Source of the DNA: an uncultured delta proteobacterium
GTDB lineage: Bacteria > Desulfobacterota > Binatia > Bin18
Reading direction: 5' to 3'
NCBI GenBank assembly: GCA_963733195.1
Contig: CAVTCR010000005.1
Location: 1 to 64,000, forward strand
DNA: 64,000 nt
A program made the translations under genes and the position numbers. The notes beneath the pieces are model-generated. The model did no database searches and was not told the DNA's origin. It worked only from the letters and a program-made list of their open reading frames with translations. Shown here piece by piece: positions 10,336 through 21,574 of this stretch; within the stretch, counting starts at the first letter, position 1, and each line of letters opens with the position of its first letter.

Positions 10336-10698
10336 GGTAGTGGGTCAGTTTGGCAGCAAAGCTACGGGAATGTCATTCTGAGTTCTTCATAGCGCGGGCG
10401 CTAAGCGTGGAGGCAGAAACTGGATGCTCCTGGATTCCGGGTCGCGGCCTGCGGCCTTGCCCGGAATGACGGGCATGTCGTCTGCGTCATTCCAGCCCTT
10501 CGCAGTCGGATAACTCCAGCTGGAATCCAGGGGGCAGTGGGCGGAGCATTTTGTTTCTGAGCAGCCGCAGCAGAGCGGAGGCGAAGAATCTCTCCTCTTC
10601 GCGCGCCCGCCTGAGAGATTCTTCGTCGCGGTGCTCCTCAGAATGACATAGACTGGGAAGTTTCTCCTGAAGCCGAAAAGGGAAACTGACCCACTACC
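10336..10698. mobile_element. MITE-like element with 16-bp terminal inverted repeats containing nested REP-like hairpins
   Basis: GGTAGTGGGTCAGTTT (10336-10351) and AAACTGACCCACTACC (10683-10698); internal parts recur at 18582-18664 and 44030-44067. Confidence 0.7.
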
Positions 10699-10785
10699 CC
10701 GCCTCTTCGCTACTTGACAGAGCCCCCACGCACAGTCACAAACTCGACCGTCGGCCAACTCATCACGTGAAAGGAGCGGTTAGCG

Positions 10786-12865
10786 ATGAAGCTCATCGGG
10801 GTTGACGTCGGTGGGACCTTTACGGATGTGGTCTATACCGATACCGACACGCATCAGGTGTTGATCCACAAGGTGCCCACCTCATCGGCAGATCCGTCGG
10901 TAGGCGTCATTACTGGCATCACCGAGCTTTGCAACCGCAATGGGATTGCTCCAACCGAGATTCAGCAGATCTATCATGGGACCACGATAGCGACCAACGC
11001 CTTGCTCGAATACAAAGGCGCGCGCGCCGGTGTGATTACCACGAAAGGGTATCGTGACATCCTCCATATCGGTCGTCACCAACGTCCCCAACACTATTCC
11101 ATTCAGCAAGAAATTCCCTGGCAAGACCGCCCTCTTGGCTCGCCGCCGTCACCGCAAGGTCGTGACCGAACGTCTCATTCCTCCGAAAGGAGAAGTACTG
11201 GTTCCGTTGGACGAGAATGAGGTACGACAGGCAGCGCGCGCCTTGAAGGCTGAGGGAGTAGAAGCGATTGCGGTATGTTTTCTCTTTTCGTACCTCAATG
11301 CACGACACGAGGAACGAGCACGTGAGATTATCCTGGAGGAATACCCGGAAGTGTTTGTAACGACCTCGGCAGCCGTCTCGCCCCAATTCCGCGAGTTCGA
11401 ACGCTTCACGACAGCAGCGATCAATGCGTTCGTTGGGCCGACGGTGCACAACTACATTACTCTCCTAGAGCAGCGCCTGCGCGATACCGGCCTCCAGGCA
11501 GACCTGCACATCATGCGCTCCAACGGCGGTGTGGCTACACCTGCGATGGTCGCTGAGAAGCCGGTGCTCACGCTGTTGTCTGGACCTGCGGCTGGGGTTC
11601 TTGGCGGAGCCTGGTCGGGCGCACTGGCGCAACGTCCACGCCTGATCACCTTCGATATGGGAGGAACAAGCGCCGATATCGGTGTCGTAACCGACGGTAC
11701 TTTCAGTGAGGCAACGGCACGGGACACCTGGATCGCCGGCTATCCCGCTATGGTGCCCATGATCGACATCCACACCATTGGTGCCGGTGGCGGTAGCATC
11801 GCAACCATCGATGCTGGTGGTGCCTTTCGCGTTGGACCACAAAGTGCTGGCTCACAACCTGGACCAGCAGCATATGGACGTGGAGGAATAGCACCGACAG
11901 TGACAGATGCCAATCTGGTTCTGGGACGGCTCGACAAAGAGCATTTTCTGGGCGGCGAGATGCAGCTTGACGACACTGCAGCACGCCAGGTCATTTGTGA
12001 AATGGCTCAGCGCCTTGGGCTGTCCGAGATCGAAGCCGCCGAAGGGATCATTACGATCGTCAACAACAACATGGCCAATGCCATTCGCTCGCGGACCGTG
12101 CAGAAAGGCATCGACCCGCGGGAGTATGCGTTGGTGGCGTTTGGCGGTGCTGGTCCTTTGCACGGAGCCGAAGTCGCCAGGATGCTCAGCATTCCCACCT
12201 GTATCGTCCCCTGTTTCCCTGGACTCACTTCAGCTCTAGGTTTATTAACCACCGATCTGAAATACGATGCCATCAAGACGGCGTTTCAAGTTCATCCTGG
12301 ACTGGATTATCCTCAGCTCAACGCCGACTTTGCGGAGATGGAACAGAACCTCAGCCAACAGTTTGTGCGGGACGGTATTGACCGTGCGCGGGTGACGTTC
12401 GCGCGTTTTGCTGACGCGCGTTACGTAGGCCAAGGCTATGAGCTGCGCGTTATAATCCCAGGTGGCTTGGTAAACGAGGGAAGCATGCAACAGATGGTCG
12501 AAGCATTCCATCACCGGCACGAGGCGGAATACGGTCACTGCTTTGTCTCCAGCCCCATTGAACTCGTCAACATCCGAGTCACCGGCATTGGCCCCACACA
12601 AAAGATCCAGCACCTGAGCCCACCGACTGGCGGGTCGCTGCGCGAGGCACTGGTAAAAACGGACCAGTGCGTCTTCCGTGTCCAAGGCGGGCTCCACTCT
12701 TTTCAGACCGTCTTCTATCGTCGTGAGCAACTCCCCATTGGCCAGGTGTTTGACGGTCCTGCAATAGTTCTCCAACCCGATAGCACAACAGTCGTTCCAC
12801 CAGATTGTCGCGTTCAGGTCGATGAACACGGCAACCTCATCATCACCATCGGAGATGCACTATGA
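10786..12865 (+). CDS. Hydantoinase A/oxoprolinase family ATP-binding subunit (frameshift near 11135)
   Basis: [47 protein letters not shown]. Confidence 0.9.
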
Positions 12866-13056
12866 CGACGCAAACTAGTCCTCAATCGGAAGGTGTAGTT
12901 ACCAGACTGAAGCACGTTTTCAGACGGTCATTCGGACCGCCTCCCCTTGTACCCAGGCTCTGCCTGGGTACAAGAGCAACAGAGTCTACTAAGCAGGGCG
13001 TGCCCAGGCAGAGCCTGGGCACGAGGTCGATAATTACCATCGGAGGCGCAGTATGA
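12862..13056 (+). CDS. 64-aa linker ORF formed by a junction duplication plus a palindromic element
   Basis: ATGA overlaps at both ends; contains hairpins GTACCCAGGCTCTGCCTGGGTAC and GTGCCCAGGCAGAGCCTGGGCAC. Confidence 0.4.
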   Translation: MTTQTSPQSEGVVTRLKHVFRRSFGPPPLVPRLCLGTRATESTKQGVPRQSLGTRSIITIGGAV

Positions 13057-14858
13057 CGGTACAAACCAGTACCAATACGGAAACCTACAAGCGTCAAGCA
13101 ATTGATCCGGTCACCGCAAGTGTCATCCTTGGCGCTCTGGAGCAGATCGCGGTGGAGATGGGATATAAACTGATGCGCATGGCGTATTCGAGTATCATCC
13201 GCGAGTCCGAGGATTTCGGAGCGGCACTGGTCAACGCGCAAGGGCAGCAACTGTGCGAATCCAAGCAGAGTACGCCGCTCCAGTCCGGTCCCATCCCAGG
13301 CTATGTCCGTGGGATGCTCCAGCAGCTTGCCGCGCGGGGCGAGACTGTGCGACCGGGTGATGTCATCATGCATAACGATCCTTACGGAGGTGCCAGTCAC
13401 GGCCCTGATGTTGGTTTCTGTGTCCCGGTATTTTACGACAATCAGTTAGTTGGGTTTTCAGTGACAACAGCCCATCACCTTGATATTGGCTCACAAACGC
13501 CAGGGAGCACAGGAATTGTCGAAGCAGTGGATGCATACGCCGAAGGATTGCAGTTTAAGGCAATCAAGGTGATCGAGGAAGGCAAGCGGAACGACGCGGT
13601 CTGGCATCTATTACGGGACAACATCCGCGTTTCTGATCTCGTCGTCGGTGATATGGAAGCGCAGATTGCCGCGTGTCGCATCGGTGCAGCGCGGTTTCTC
13701 GAACTGATTGACCGCTACGGTCTCGATACCGTTGAGGCTGCTTGTGCTGAGCTGTTCGATTATTCCGAACGGTTGATGCGCCAGGCTATTGAGCGCATTC
13801 CTGATGGTTGCTACACCGCCACCGGCTACATGGACGGGTATTTGGATGATCCCAGCCCGAGCCGACGGAATCTCCCGATCGTTGCTACCTTGACAGTCAA
13901 AGGAAGTGACATGGTCGTGGATCTCACTGGTACGGCCCCACAAGTATCGGATCGACCGATCAATATGCCGTTCGTCGGAACCGTCGATGTTGCCGTGTGG
14001 CTCGTGCTACGGTCGGTCCTACTGGATACCGAGACCTATGGGAACATTCCGCAGAACAGTGGGTTATATCGGCCGATCACGATCATCGCACCAGAAGGCA
14101 CCTTAGCCAATCCGATTTTCCCGGCGCCAACTATCGCACGTTTTGTCGGCGGGAACGTCCTGTGCGATACGGTCATGCGAGCACTTTCCCAAGCACTGCC
14201 AGAGCAGGTGTGTGCTGGGATTGGCAATCTCAAGGTCATTGCGGCGAGTGGCTACCGTAGCAATCGACCGTGGGTCCACCTCGAAATCTTTGAGGGGAGT
14301 TACGGTGGGCGCTATGGTCGTGATGGGATGGACGCCGTCGACACCCTCTACGCCAATACGCGGAATAACCCGATTGAGGATATCGAGTCCCATGTTCCCC
14401 TGCGGGTCGAGCGCTACGAATTGCGGGAGGACGCTTGCGCACCAGGTCGATGGCGAGGTGGGCTCGCCTCGATTAAGACGGTTCGCTACTTGAGCGACGG
14501 CGGTGCGTCGGTTGAAGGCGATGGCTTCGCCTATGGTGCCTGGGGATACGATGGCGGAGGTACTGGTTCTCCCGGCAAACTCATTCAGCAAACCGCAACT
14601 GGTGAGGAAATTCCTTTGCCATCGAAGGTTGCCTATCGGAGTGTCAAAACTGGAGATCTCTTTATTGCTGTAGGTGCCACTGGCGGTGGGTATGGCGACC
14701 CTCTCCAGCGTGATCCGCTCCGAGTGCTCGAAGATGTACGCGATGGGTATTACTCTGTGGCGACTGCCGAACAGGATTACGGAGTGATAATCACAGAGTC
14801 GCTGCAACTAGATGAAGCTGCAACCGCGGCCTGTCGACGCAAACACCAAAAAGGTTAG
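13053..14858 (+). CDS. Hydantoinase B/oxoprolinase family catalytic subunit
   Basis: AYSSIIRESEDF, HNDPYGGASHGPD, AHHLDIG, GGGYGDPL. Confidence 0.93.
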   Translation: MTVQTSTNTETYKRQAIDPVTASVILGALEQIAVEMGYKLMRMAYSSIIRESEDFGAALVNAQGQQLCESKQSTPLQSGPIPGYVRGMLQQLAARGETVRPGDVIMHNDPYGGASHGPDVGFCVPVFYDNQLVGFSVTTAHHLDIGSQTPGSTGIVEAVDAYAEGLQFKAIKVIEEGKRNDAVWHLLRDNIRVSDLVVGDMEAQIAACRIGAARFLELIDRYGLDTVEAACAELFDYSERLMRQAIERIPDGCYTATGYMDGYLDDPSPSRRNLPIVATLTVKGSDMVVDLTGTAPQVSDRPINMPFVGTVDVAVWLVLRSVLLDTETYGNIPQNSGLYRPITIIAPEGTLANPIFPAPTIARFVGGNVLCDTVMRALSQALPEQVCAGIGNLKVIAASGYRSNRPWVHLEIFEGSYGGRYGRDGMDAVDTLYANTRNNPIEDIESHVPLRVERYELREDACAPGRWRGGLASIKTVRYLSDGGASVEGDGFAYGAWGYDGGGTGSPGKLIQQTATGEEIPLPSKVAYRSVKTGDLFIAVGATGGGYGDPLQRDPLRVLEDVRDGYYSVATAEQDYGVIITESLQLDEAATAACRRKHQKG

Positions 14859-14871
14859 ACGGTAGGAGTAT

Positions 14872-15020
14872 GTCATTGCGAGGAGCCGCAGGTGACGAAG
14901 CAATCCCTGTCCGAAGATGGATTGCTTCGCTGCGCTCGCAAGGACAGTACCGTACCTTCTGGTATTTTTATCGTCTCTGCTGTCCAGCATCTGCCCCTCT
15001 CTCATAAAGAGAGAGGGGCT
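14872..15020. repeat. REP-like doublet plus hairpin between convergent genes
   Basis: TGTCATTGCGAG...GAAGCAATCC / GGATTGCTTCG...CTCGCAAGGACA; GCCCCTCTCTC-N-GAGAGAGGGGC hairpin. Confidence 0.6.
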
Positions 15021-15028
15021 CGCAAAAC

Positions 15029-16882
15029 CTACTTCCCGTCAACCGAGAAGGCTAAGAGCACGTTCCCAGCCATCCCCCCCAGTTGGCTGTAACCCGAATT
15101 GGTATAGAGCATTCCTCCAACGATAGTCGGCCCAGAATTATCAAATGACCCGCCACTGGCTTTGACGCCGTTGATGGTCTTGTACTCCTGCACGGCATCA
15201 TGATCCCAAAGGACTTTCCCGTCTTTGGTCGAGTATGCCCGCAAATGGCCATCAACTGCGCCAGAAAAAACCACGCCAGGAATAACTGAGATCGCCGCAG
15301 ATTGCGCTGGGCTACAGTTTTTACGGTCGCCACAGCCCGGCGGTGGGACCGACCACACTTTCTCTCCACTCTCTAACCGATAGGCGTGAATCCCTCCACC
15401 AACACTCGAGTCAAGCACGGCGATCTTCCCGGCTTGTGGATCGTCTTTGATCTCCATACCAATGTCTGAGACCGCCACGTACATTAGCTCACTATCAGCA
15501 GCCGGTCCCCACTGAATCCCACCAGCAAGACCACCTTTCCCTGCTCGCTGCTCCCAGAGGCGCTTGCCTTTCTGATCCGGGTCAATGGCGAAGACCATGC
15601 CCGACTTTTGCCCAGCCACGAGCACGCGCTTGCCATTGGGCAGTTTCTGCAAAATCGACGAAGAGCCAAAATCAAGGTCCGGTCCTTTTGCCTGCGGACA
15701 GTTCGTTTCATCGCCCGAGCCGCAAGCAACATTCCACGCATCATTAGCCAGGAATTGCTCAGACCAGAGGAATTTGCCGGTTTTCATATCGAACGCAACA
15801 ATCGCATCACTGGTTTTTGACGCCGGGTCCGAATAGTTGTCTCCAGTTGTGACATAAATCCGGCCACCTTCCGGATCCAATGTAGGAGATGACCAAATTG
15901 TCGCACCGGCCGGCCCGTACAGTTGTACGCCGATTTTATTCTTTCGAGTCGGTTTGGCCTTTTCGAGAATCGTATAGGTCTTCCAGATTTGTTTTCCCGT
16001 CGTCGCATTGAGCGCTACGAGATTACCGCGGAAGGTGCAGCACTCATACTTGGGATCAGAACCCGAAACTTCTTCAAGCGAGGTCACCGGCACATACAAA
16101 CGCCCGGCGTGAAACTGCGGCGCACCAGTAATGCGAGCAATCGGGTGAGAATCGACTTTCGTCTTCCAAATCTCGGCACCAGTGCGAGCATCAAGCGCAT
16201 GGGCGTTCGCCGAAAGATCGCCGAAGTAGGCAGCATACCGCAGCGGGTTAGAGTTCGGCAGACGAACAATGGTAATCGCTGAACGAATACCGGTAGGTTT
16301 CTTCACCGCCCAGTACACGCAACCAGTCGCTGCATCAAGGGAATACACTTGTCCGCGTAGTGTACCGACAAACACACGTCCACCAACCACGGTCGGTTGC
16401 GATGCGACGGTACCCGCAGGATAACCAAACGCCCATTTGACCTTGAGATTGGGCACCTGTTCCGCCGTCAAGCCTGCCCTTTCAGCTGATTGCACACGTG
16501 TATTCGCTGAACTCGCACCCCAGCCATTCCACTGTGGTGCACCCTCATCTACTGTAAATTCTCCTGGTGCTTGTGGACACATGTTGCTCAGCGTAGCCTG
16601 CATTTGCGCTGCACCGAGTTGTTTGCCAGTAACAAACTCTGCCACTGCCTTGCGCTCAGCATCAGGCATCCCCCAGCCAACGAACAACATGACACCCGTT
16701 TCCAACGCATCCAGCACATCTTCGGCATTCTTCTGCCGCATCACATTGAGTTGTGGTGCACGTTGGACACTGCCGTTGTGACACGATGCGCAGCGTTGCT
16801 CGTAGATCTTCGCACCATCAGGGGCGGTTAATGCGTGCGGAGAGGCAGGAGCTGCCCATCCTGGAGAGAAATACCCCAACAC
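15029..16882 (-). CDS. Quinohaemoprotein (cytochrome c + PQQ beta-propeller) dehydrogenase, PVA-dehydrogenase-like
   Basis: CASCH haem motif, vicinal ECC, WSSPTLD, TGDNYS, DLDFGSS; start region uncertain. Confidence 0.9.
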   Translation of the reverse strand: MLGYFSPGWAAPASPHALTAPDGAKIYEQRCASCHNGSVQRAPQLNVMRQKNAEDVLDALETGVMLFVGWGMPDAERKAVAEFVTGKQLGAAQMQATLSNMCPQAPGEFTVDEGAPQWNGWGASSANTRVQSAERAGLTAEQVPNLKVKWAFGYPAGTVASQPTVVGGRVFVGTLRGQVYSLDAATGCVYWAVKKPTGIRSAITIVRLPNSNPLRYAAYFGDLSANAHALDARTGAEIWKTKVDSHPIARITGAPQFHAGRLYVPVTSLEEVSGSDPKYECCTFRGNLVALNATTGKQIWKTYTILEKAKPTRKNKIGVQLYGPAGATIWSSPTLDPEGGRIYVTTGDNYSDPASKTSDAIVAFDMKTGKFLWSEQFLANDAWNVACGSGDETNCPQAKGPDLDFGSSSILQKLPNGKRVLVAGQKSGMVFAIDPDQKGKRLWEQRAGKGGLAGGIQWGPAADSELMYVAVSDIGMEIKDDPQAGKIAVLDSSVGGGIHAYRLESGEKVWSVPPPGCGDRKNCSPAQSAAISVIPGVVFSGAVDGHLRAYSTKDGKVLWDHDAVQEYKTINGVKASGGSFDNSGPTIVGGMLYTNSGYSQLGGMAGNVLLAFSVDGK

Positions 16883-16956
16883 AACACTTGCACTGAAGAA
16901 AAGACAGCGAACAACAAAACATTAAGACCTTTCGGGCATGTCATCTGTCCGTCGTC

Positions 16957-17052
16957 CGTTATCTTGAGCGAAGCGCAGCCAATCGAAGGACGCTTTGGAT
17001 AAACTCCGCGAAGAATCCCTCTGAGCGACCCTTCGTTTCACTCAGGGTGACA
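16957..17052. repeat. REP-like palindromic element
   Basis: GTTATCTTGAGCGAAGCG...CTTCGTTTCACTCAGGGTGAC, same style as the 10371 and 43976 elements. Confidence 0.5.
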
Positions 17053-17126
17053 AATCTGGTGCGCCAATCTTTTCCGGTTTGACTAAACCCCCTCAGTCCA
17101 AACATCTCTCTCTTTTCTCCTTTCTC

Positions 17127-17402
17127 TCAATCCGCAGGATTCTGACTCGGTGTTAACGTCGTCAATGCCAACGCATGAATCTCATGCTGCATTTCTTTCG
17201 CCAACGCGTCATATACCAGACGATGACGCGCGACGAGCGTTTTCCCCTCAAACAGTGGAGACACAACTGTAACTCGATAGTGTCCCCCACCCGATGCCGC
17301 TCCAGCGTGTCCGGCATGCAGCGCACTTTCGTCTTCAACGTCCACATGCGTCGCGGCCAGAGCTTGCTGGAGAACCGAGACAATTTTTTCTGCGGTGCTC
17401 AT
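17127..17402 (-). CDS. bolA: BolA family protein
   Basis: DESALHAGH, FEGKTLVARHRLVY, IHALAL. Confidence 0.93.
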   Translation of the reverse strand: MSTAEKIVSVLQQALAATHVDVEDESALHAGHAGAASGGGHYRVTVVSPLFEGKTLVARHRLVYDALAKEMQHEIHALALTTLTPSQNPAD

Positions 17403-18205
17403 TTCTTGCCCTGCGCGGAAGGGAACAGCGGCGCACGACGTTCCTGCACTGCGCGCGCTCCTTCTTTTACGTCGTCGCCAAAGAAGCCGAGCATTTCCAA
17501 GGCCAGTGAATAGTCAAATGACGTATGCGCTGCCGCGCGTAACCATTGGTTTAACGACTGCTTCGTCCAGCGAATCGCCGTCTGCGAGCCGGTTGAGAGT
17601 TTCTTCGCAACCTCCATTGCCTTCGGCATGAGTTGGTCAGGAGGCACACACATGCTCACCAAACCAATCCGTTCGGCTTCTTTGGCATCCAACATGTCAC
17701 AAGTCAACAAATAGTACTTGGCTTTGGCCATGCCGACGAGCAACGGCCAAATGACAGCCGCGTGGTCTCCGGCGGCTACGCCCAGGCGGGTATGACCATC
17801 AGTAAATTTTGCATTCTCCGACGCAATACTGATGTCGGCAAGCAAAGCCACCGCCAAACCTGCACCCACGGCAACCCCGTTGATAGCAGAGATGATCGGT
17901 TTGTCACAATTAATCATGTTATGCACGATGTCACGGGCTTCTTTCATCACTGCCGCGACCGCATCAAGGCCGCTCTGCAACTTGTTGATTACTTCAAAGT
18001 CACCGCCCGCGGAAAACGCGCGCCCGGCACCAGTGATCACAGCGACACGGACCTCGTCATCTTCGGCAATGTCCAACCACACACGGCTCAATTCATAATG
18101 CAGACGGGCATTCGTTGAATTGAGCGTCTCTGGACGGTTAATCGTCAGTAATGCGATACCATCTTTTTTCTCGATGAGTAGATGTTGATAGGCACTGTAG
18201 TCCAT
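17399..18205 (-). CDS. Enoyl-CoA hydratase/isomerase family
   Basis: AFSAGGD, KPIISAINGVAVGAG. Confidence 0.92.
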   Translation of the reverse strand: MDYSAYQHLLIEKKDGIALLTINRPETLNSTNARLHYELSRVWLDIAEDDEVRVAVITGAGRAFSAGGDFEVINKLQSGLDAVAAVMKEARDIVHNMINCDKPIISAINGVAVGAGLAVALLADISIASENAKFTDGHTRLGVAAGDHAAVIWPLLVGMAKAKYYLLTCDMLDAKEAERIGLVSMCVPPDQLMPKAMEVAKKLSTGSQTAIRWTKQSLNQWLRAAAHTSFDYSLALEMLGFFGDDVKEGARAVQERRAPLFPSAQGKK

Positions 18206-18326
18206 AGCCTTCCCTCCTTACATGGCGTGGTTATCACGTTCTTTGTCCTGGCGTCGAGGTCAGGACCCAAGAGCCGAACGATCAGATTGTTGGTCGATCG
18301 CTTGGTTTGTGTTACGCTTCCGAGTC

Positions 18327-18545
18327 ATGAAACAGAATTCGACACTCATTACGGCCACCTGGATTGGATTGAACTTGATTCCCTTGGTTCTCACGGTTGC
18401 GCTCTGCCTTCTCTCGCAGAGCTGGGGATGGAGTCTCTTGTTTATCTTGCTTTATGTCGTAGCAATCGTGCCCTATGGGTTCTTTGTGTCTTTCCCGTTC
18501 ATGGTAAAATTTTTCGATCACCCGTCTAATCCGCAGGGGAAATAG
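18327..18545 (+). CDS. Small hypothetical membrane protein
   Basis: Two hydrophobic segments; start uncertain. Confidence 0.4.
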   Translation: MKQNSTLITATWIGLNLIPLVLTVALCLLSQSWGWSLLFILLYVVAIVPYGFFVSFPFMVKFFDHPSNPQGK

Positions 18546-18581
18546 TAGAACTCATCACTTCTCTCCCTCCAATCTGAAAAA

Positions 18582-18664
18582 CTGGATTCCGGGTCGCGAC
18601 CTGCGGCCTTGCCCGGAATGACGGCCTCGTCGTTTTCGTCATTCCAGCGCAAGCTGGAATCTAG
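18582..18664. repeat. REP-like doublet, copy of the element nested at about 10430-10530
   Basis: CTGGATTCCGGGTCGCGACCTGCGGCCTTGCCCGGAATGACG...CGTCATTCCAGC...GCTGGAATC. Confidence 0.75.
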
Positions 18665-18742
18665 GAGTATTCAGCAGTAACCAGGGAAACCCGCTGCGTA
18701 TTTCGTGCGCTCAGTACTAAGCAATCACCACTCCGCAATTGC

Positions 18743-21434
18743 TCAGTGTGCTTCCGCCCAATTCTTACCGACGCCAACCTCAACACGAAGGGGGACACGG
18801 AGTGTCATCACTCCCTCCATGATCTCACGAACCAGTTTCTCTGTCTTTTTGACTTCTTTCTCCGGCACCTCAAACAACAACTCGTCGTGCACTTGCAGAA
18901 GCATGCGCGTCCGTAGGCCTTCACTTTCGACGCGGCGGTCGATGGCAACCATGGCCATCTTGATGAGGTCAGCCGCAGTTCCTTGAATCGGGGTGTTGAT
19001 TGTGGCTCGTTCTGCGGCGGCAACAAGTTGCCCATTCTTACTCTGCAGATCCGGTACATAGCGGCGACGTCCAAATAAGGTTGTCACGTATCCACGTGCT
19101 CTGCCCTCGGTCAAGATGCTCTCCATATAGCCTTTGATGCGTTGATAGCGGGCAAAATACTGCGTGATGTATTCCTGGGCAGTTTTAGTTGGAATGTCGA
19201 GCGATCGGGCCAAGCGCAACGCTCCCATACCGTAGATAATGCCGAAGTTAATAGTCTTCGCTTGACGTCGTTGGTCTCCCGAAACCTTATCCACCGGCAC
19301 TTGAAAAAGTTCTGAGGCCGTGCGCGCGTGGACATCCTGTTCCTTTTGAAACGACTCCATGAGCAATGGGTCTTCACTCAAGTGTGCTAACAAACGCAGC
19401 TCAATTTGTGAATAATCAGCCGAAAGCAACACATGGCCTGGTTCAGCAATAAACGCTTCACGAATGCGACGCCCTTCTTCGCTGCGGATAGGGATATTCT
19501 GCAAGTTAGGCTTGCTTGACGATAGACGACCAGTCTCCGCTACCGTTTGATTAAACGAGGTATGCACTCGCCCGGTCTTGGGATGGATTAGCTTAGGCAG
19601 GGCATCAACATAGGTGCTCTGTAGCTTGGCAAAACCACGATAGTCGAGAATCTTCGCCGGTAGCGGATGCTTGTCTTTCAGCGCCTCAAGCACCGAAGAA
19701 TCGGTCGAAACACCGGTCGATGTTTTCTTCCCGTGCGGCAATCCCAACTTATCAAAGAGGATTCTTTGCAGTTGCTTCGGTGAGGCAATGTTGAATTCCT
19801 CCCCTGCCACTGCATAGATCTGCGTTTCAAGTTGCTTGAGACGCTGCCCGAACTCTTTGGACAAGGCAGCAAGGAATTGCTTATCAATACGAATACCTGC
19901 CAGTTCCATTTTTCCGAGGACAAGAGCAAGTGGCACTTCGATCTCAGCAAAAAGCGACTGCATTCCTTGTTCTGCAACTTGAGGGAACAGTTGGTGAGCT
20001 AAACGCAACGTAATGTCGGCATCTTCACCAGAGTAACGTGTTGCTTCCTCCACTGAGACATCAGCAAAATTTTTCTTACCATTATCGGTCACGGCCTCAT
20101 ACGTCACCATACGGTACTGCAGGTGTTCCCAGGCAAGGTCATTCAGGTTGTGACGCCGGCTGGGATTGATCAGGTACGAGGCAAGCATGGTGTCGCCTGC
20201 GACGTTGTGGGGCCATAGCTTGTACTGCGCAAGCACCATCGCGTCATACTTTGTGTTCTGTCCCACGAGAGATAAGGTGGGATCTTCAAGCAGTGATTGC
20301 ACAGCAGACAGCACAAGGTCAAGCGCAAGCTGCGGTGCGGCATCGAGCGTCCGATGTCCAACCGGAATATACCACGCCTTGCCTTCTTCGATCGCAAGCG
20401 AGATACCAACTAATTCAGCATCAAGCGGATTCAGCGAGGTTGTCTCAGTATCCAAGCAAAAGGTTTTGGCCTTGCGGACCGCGCGGAGTACAGCCTCGAG
20501 CTGTTGCTGCGTGCGGACCATTTCATACTCGCCGACCTGGGCGGGAGCCTCACTTGGAGTTGGGTCATCCCACGGTGACTCGAGATCGGCCAGAAAACGG
20601 CGAAACTCAAATTCTTTGAACAACGCTTTCAGTCGCTCTTTGTCTGGCTCCTCTTTTGCCAGAGCGGCAACTTCCACTGTTACAGGGACATCAAAGTGCA
20701 AGGTCGCCAGCGTTTTTGATACACGCGCCAATTCCACATTCGCGCGAATCTTCTCGCCAAGCTTGCCGGGAATCTTGTCAGCATGACGAAGCAGATTCTC
20801 CAGGTCATGCCATTCCTGGATTAACTTAATTGCGGTCTTTTCTCCAACTCCCGGAATACCGGGAATATTATCAGTGGGATCTCCCATGAGCCCTTGCACA
20901 TCGACGACACGTGCGGGTTCAACTCCGAACTTTACTTTGACTTCTGGAATACCGATGCGTTCGCCCTTCATGGTATCGAGCATGGTGACGCGGTCGGACA
21001 CCAGTCTGCATCAGGTCTTTATCACCGGAGACGATCACCACTTCAGCCCCTGCCTTTTCCCATCGTCGCGTCAGAGTCGCGATAATGTCATCAGCCTCGT
21101 ACCCTTCTAATTCAAGCACTGGAATACGATAAGCACGGACGAGGTCCTTGATTCGCGGGATTTGCGGACGAAGAGGCTCCGGCATCGCGAGGCGGTTTGC
21201 TTTATATTCTTTGTAGAGTTCGTGGCGAAAGTTTTTGCCTTTCGCATCGAAGACGACAGCAAGATACTCCGGAGAATGCTCCTGCAGGAGTCGTTGCAGC
21301 ATGCTCACGAAACCAAAAATCGCGTTGGTCGGTACCCCTTGCGAGGTTTGTAGTTCGCGCACGGCATAAAAAGCACGATAAATGTACGCCTGACCGTCCA
21401 CGAGAAAGATTTTCATATTCTTGTTTGTCGCCAC
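18743..21434 (-). CDS. polA: DNA polymerase I (one frameshift near 21002)
   Basis: 5'-3' exonuclease (LVDG..YIYRAF, YEADD), 3'-5' exonuclease (LDTETT), polymerase motifs ADYSQIELR, AKTINFGIIYG, LQVHDEL. Confidence 0.97.
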
Positions 21435-21574
21435 GGGGCAAATGTGGCAGGGCCGTTAGAAGACGTCAAGGGAAGGAAGGCTCTACACAGGGGAAAAGGC
21501 GAAACGAGAAAAAGGAAGAGCAAAAAGAATTCGTCATATTTTCTATTCTTTTTGGTGAGTGCCATAGAAGCGCC

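Noticed and set aside
10387-10758. 123-aa ORF
   Set aside because: Translation of the nested palindromic element, not a credible gene.
12839-13070. Diverged repeat pair as a DGR template/variable region
   Set aside because: Only 41 bp, mismatches are not confined to adenines, and there is no RT.
16883-16939. In-frame TAA after the upstream ATG of the PQQ dehydrogenase as recoding
   Set aside because: More simply an indel or substitution error in the signal-peptide region.
20919-21010. Split polA or programmed frameshift
   Set aside because: A single extra base with no slippery site or new RBS, and many similar breaks occur in the window.
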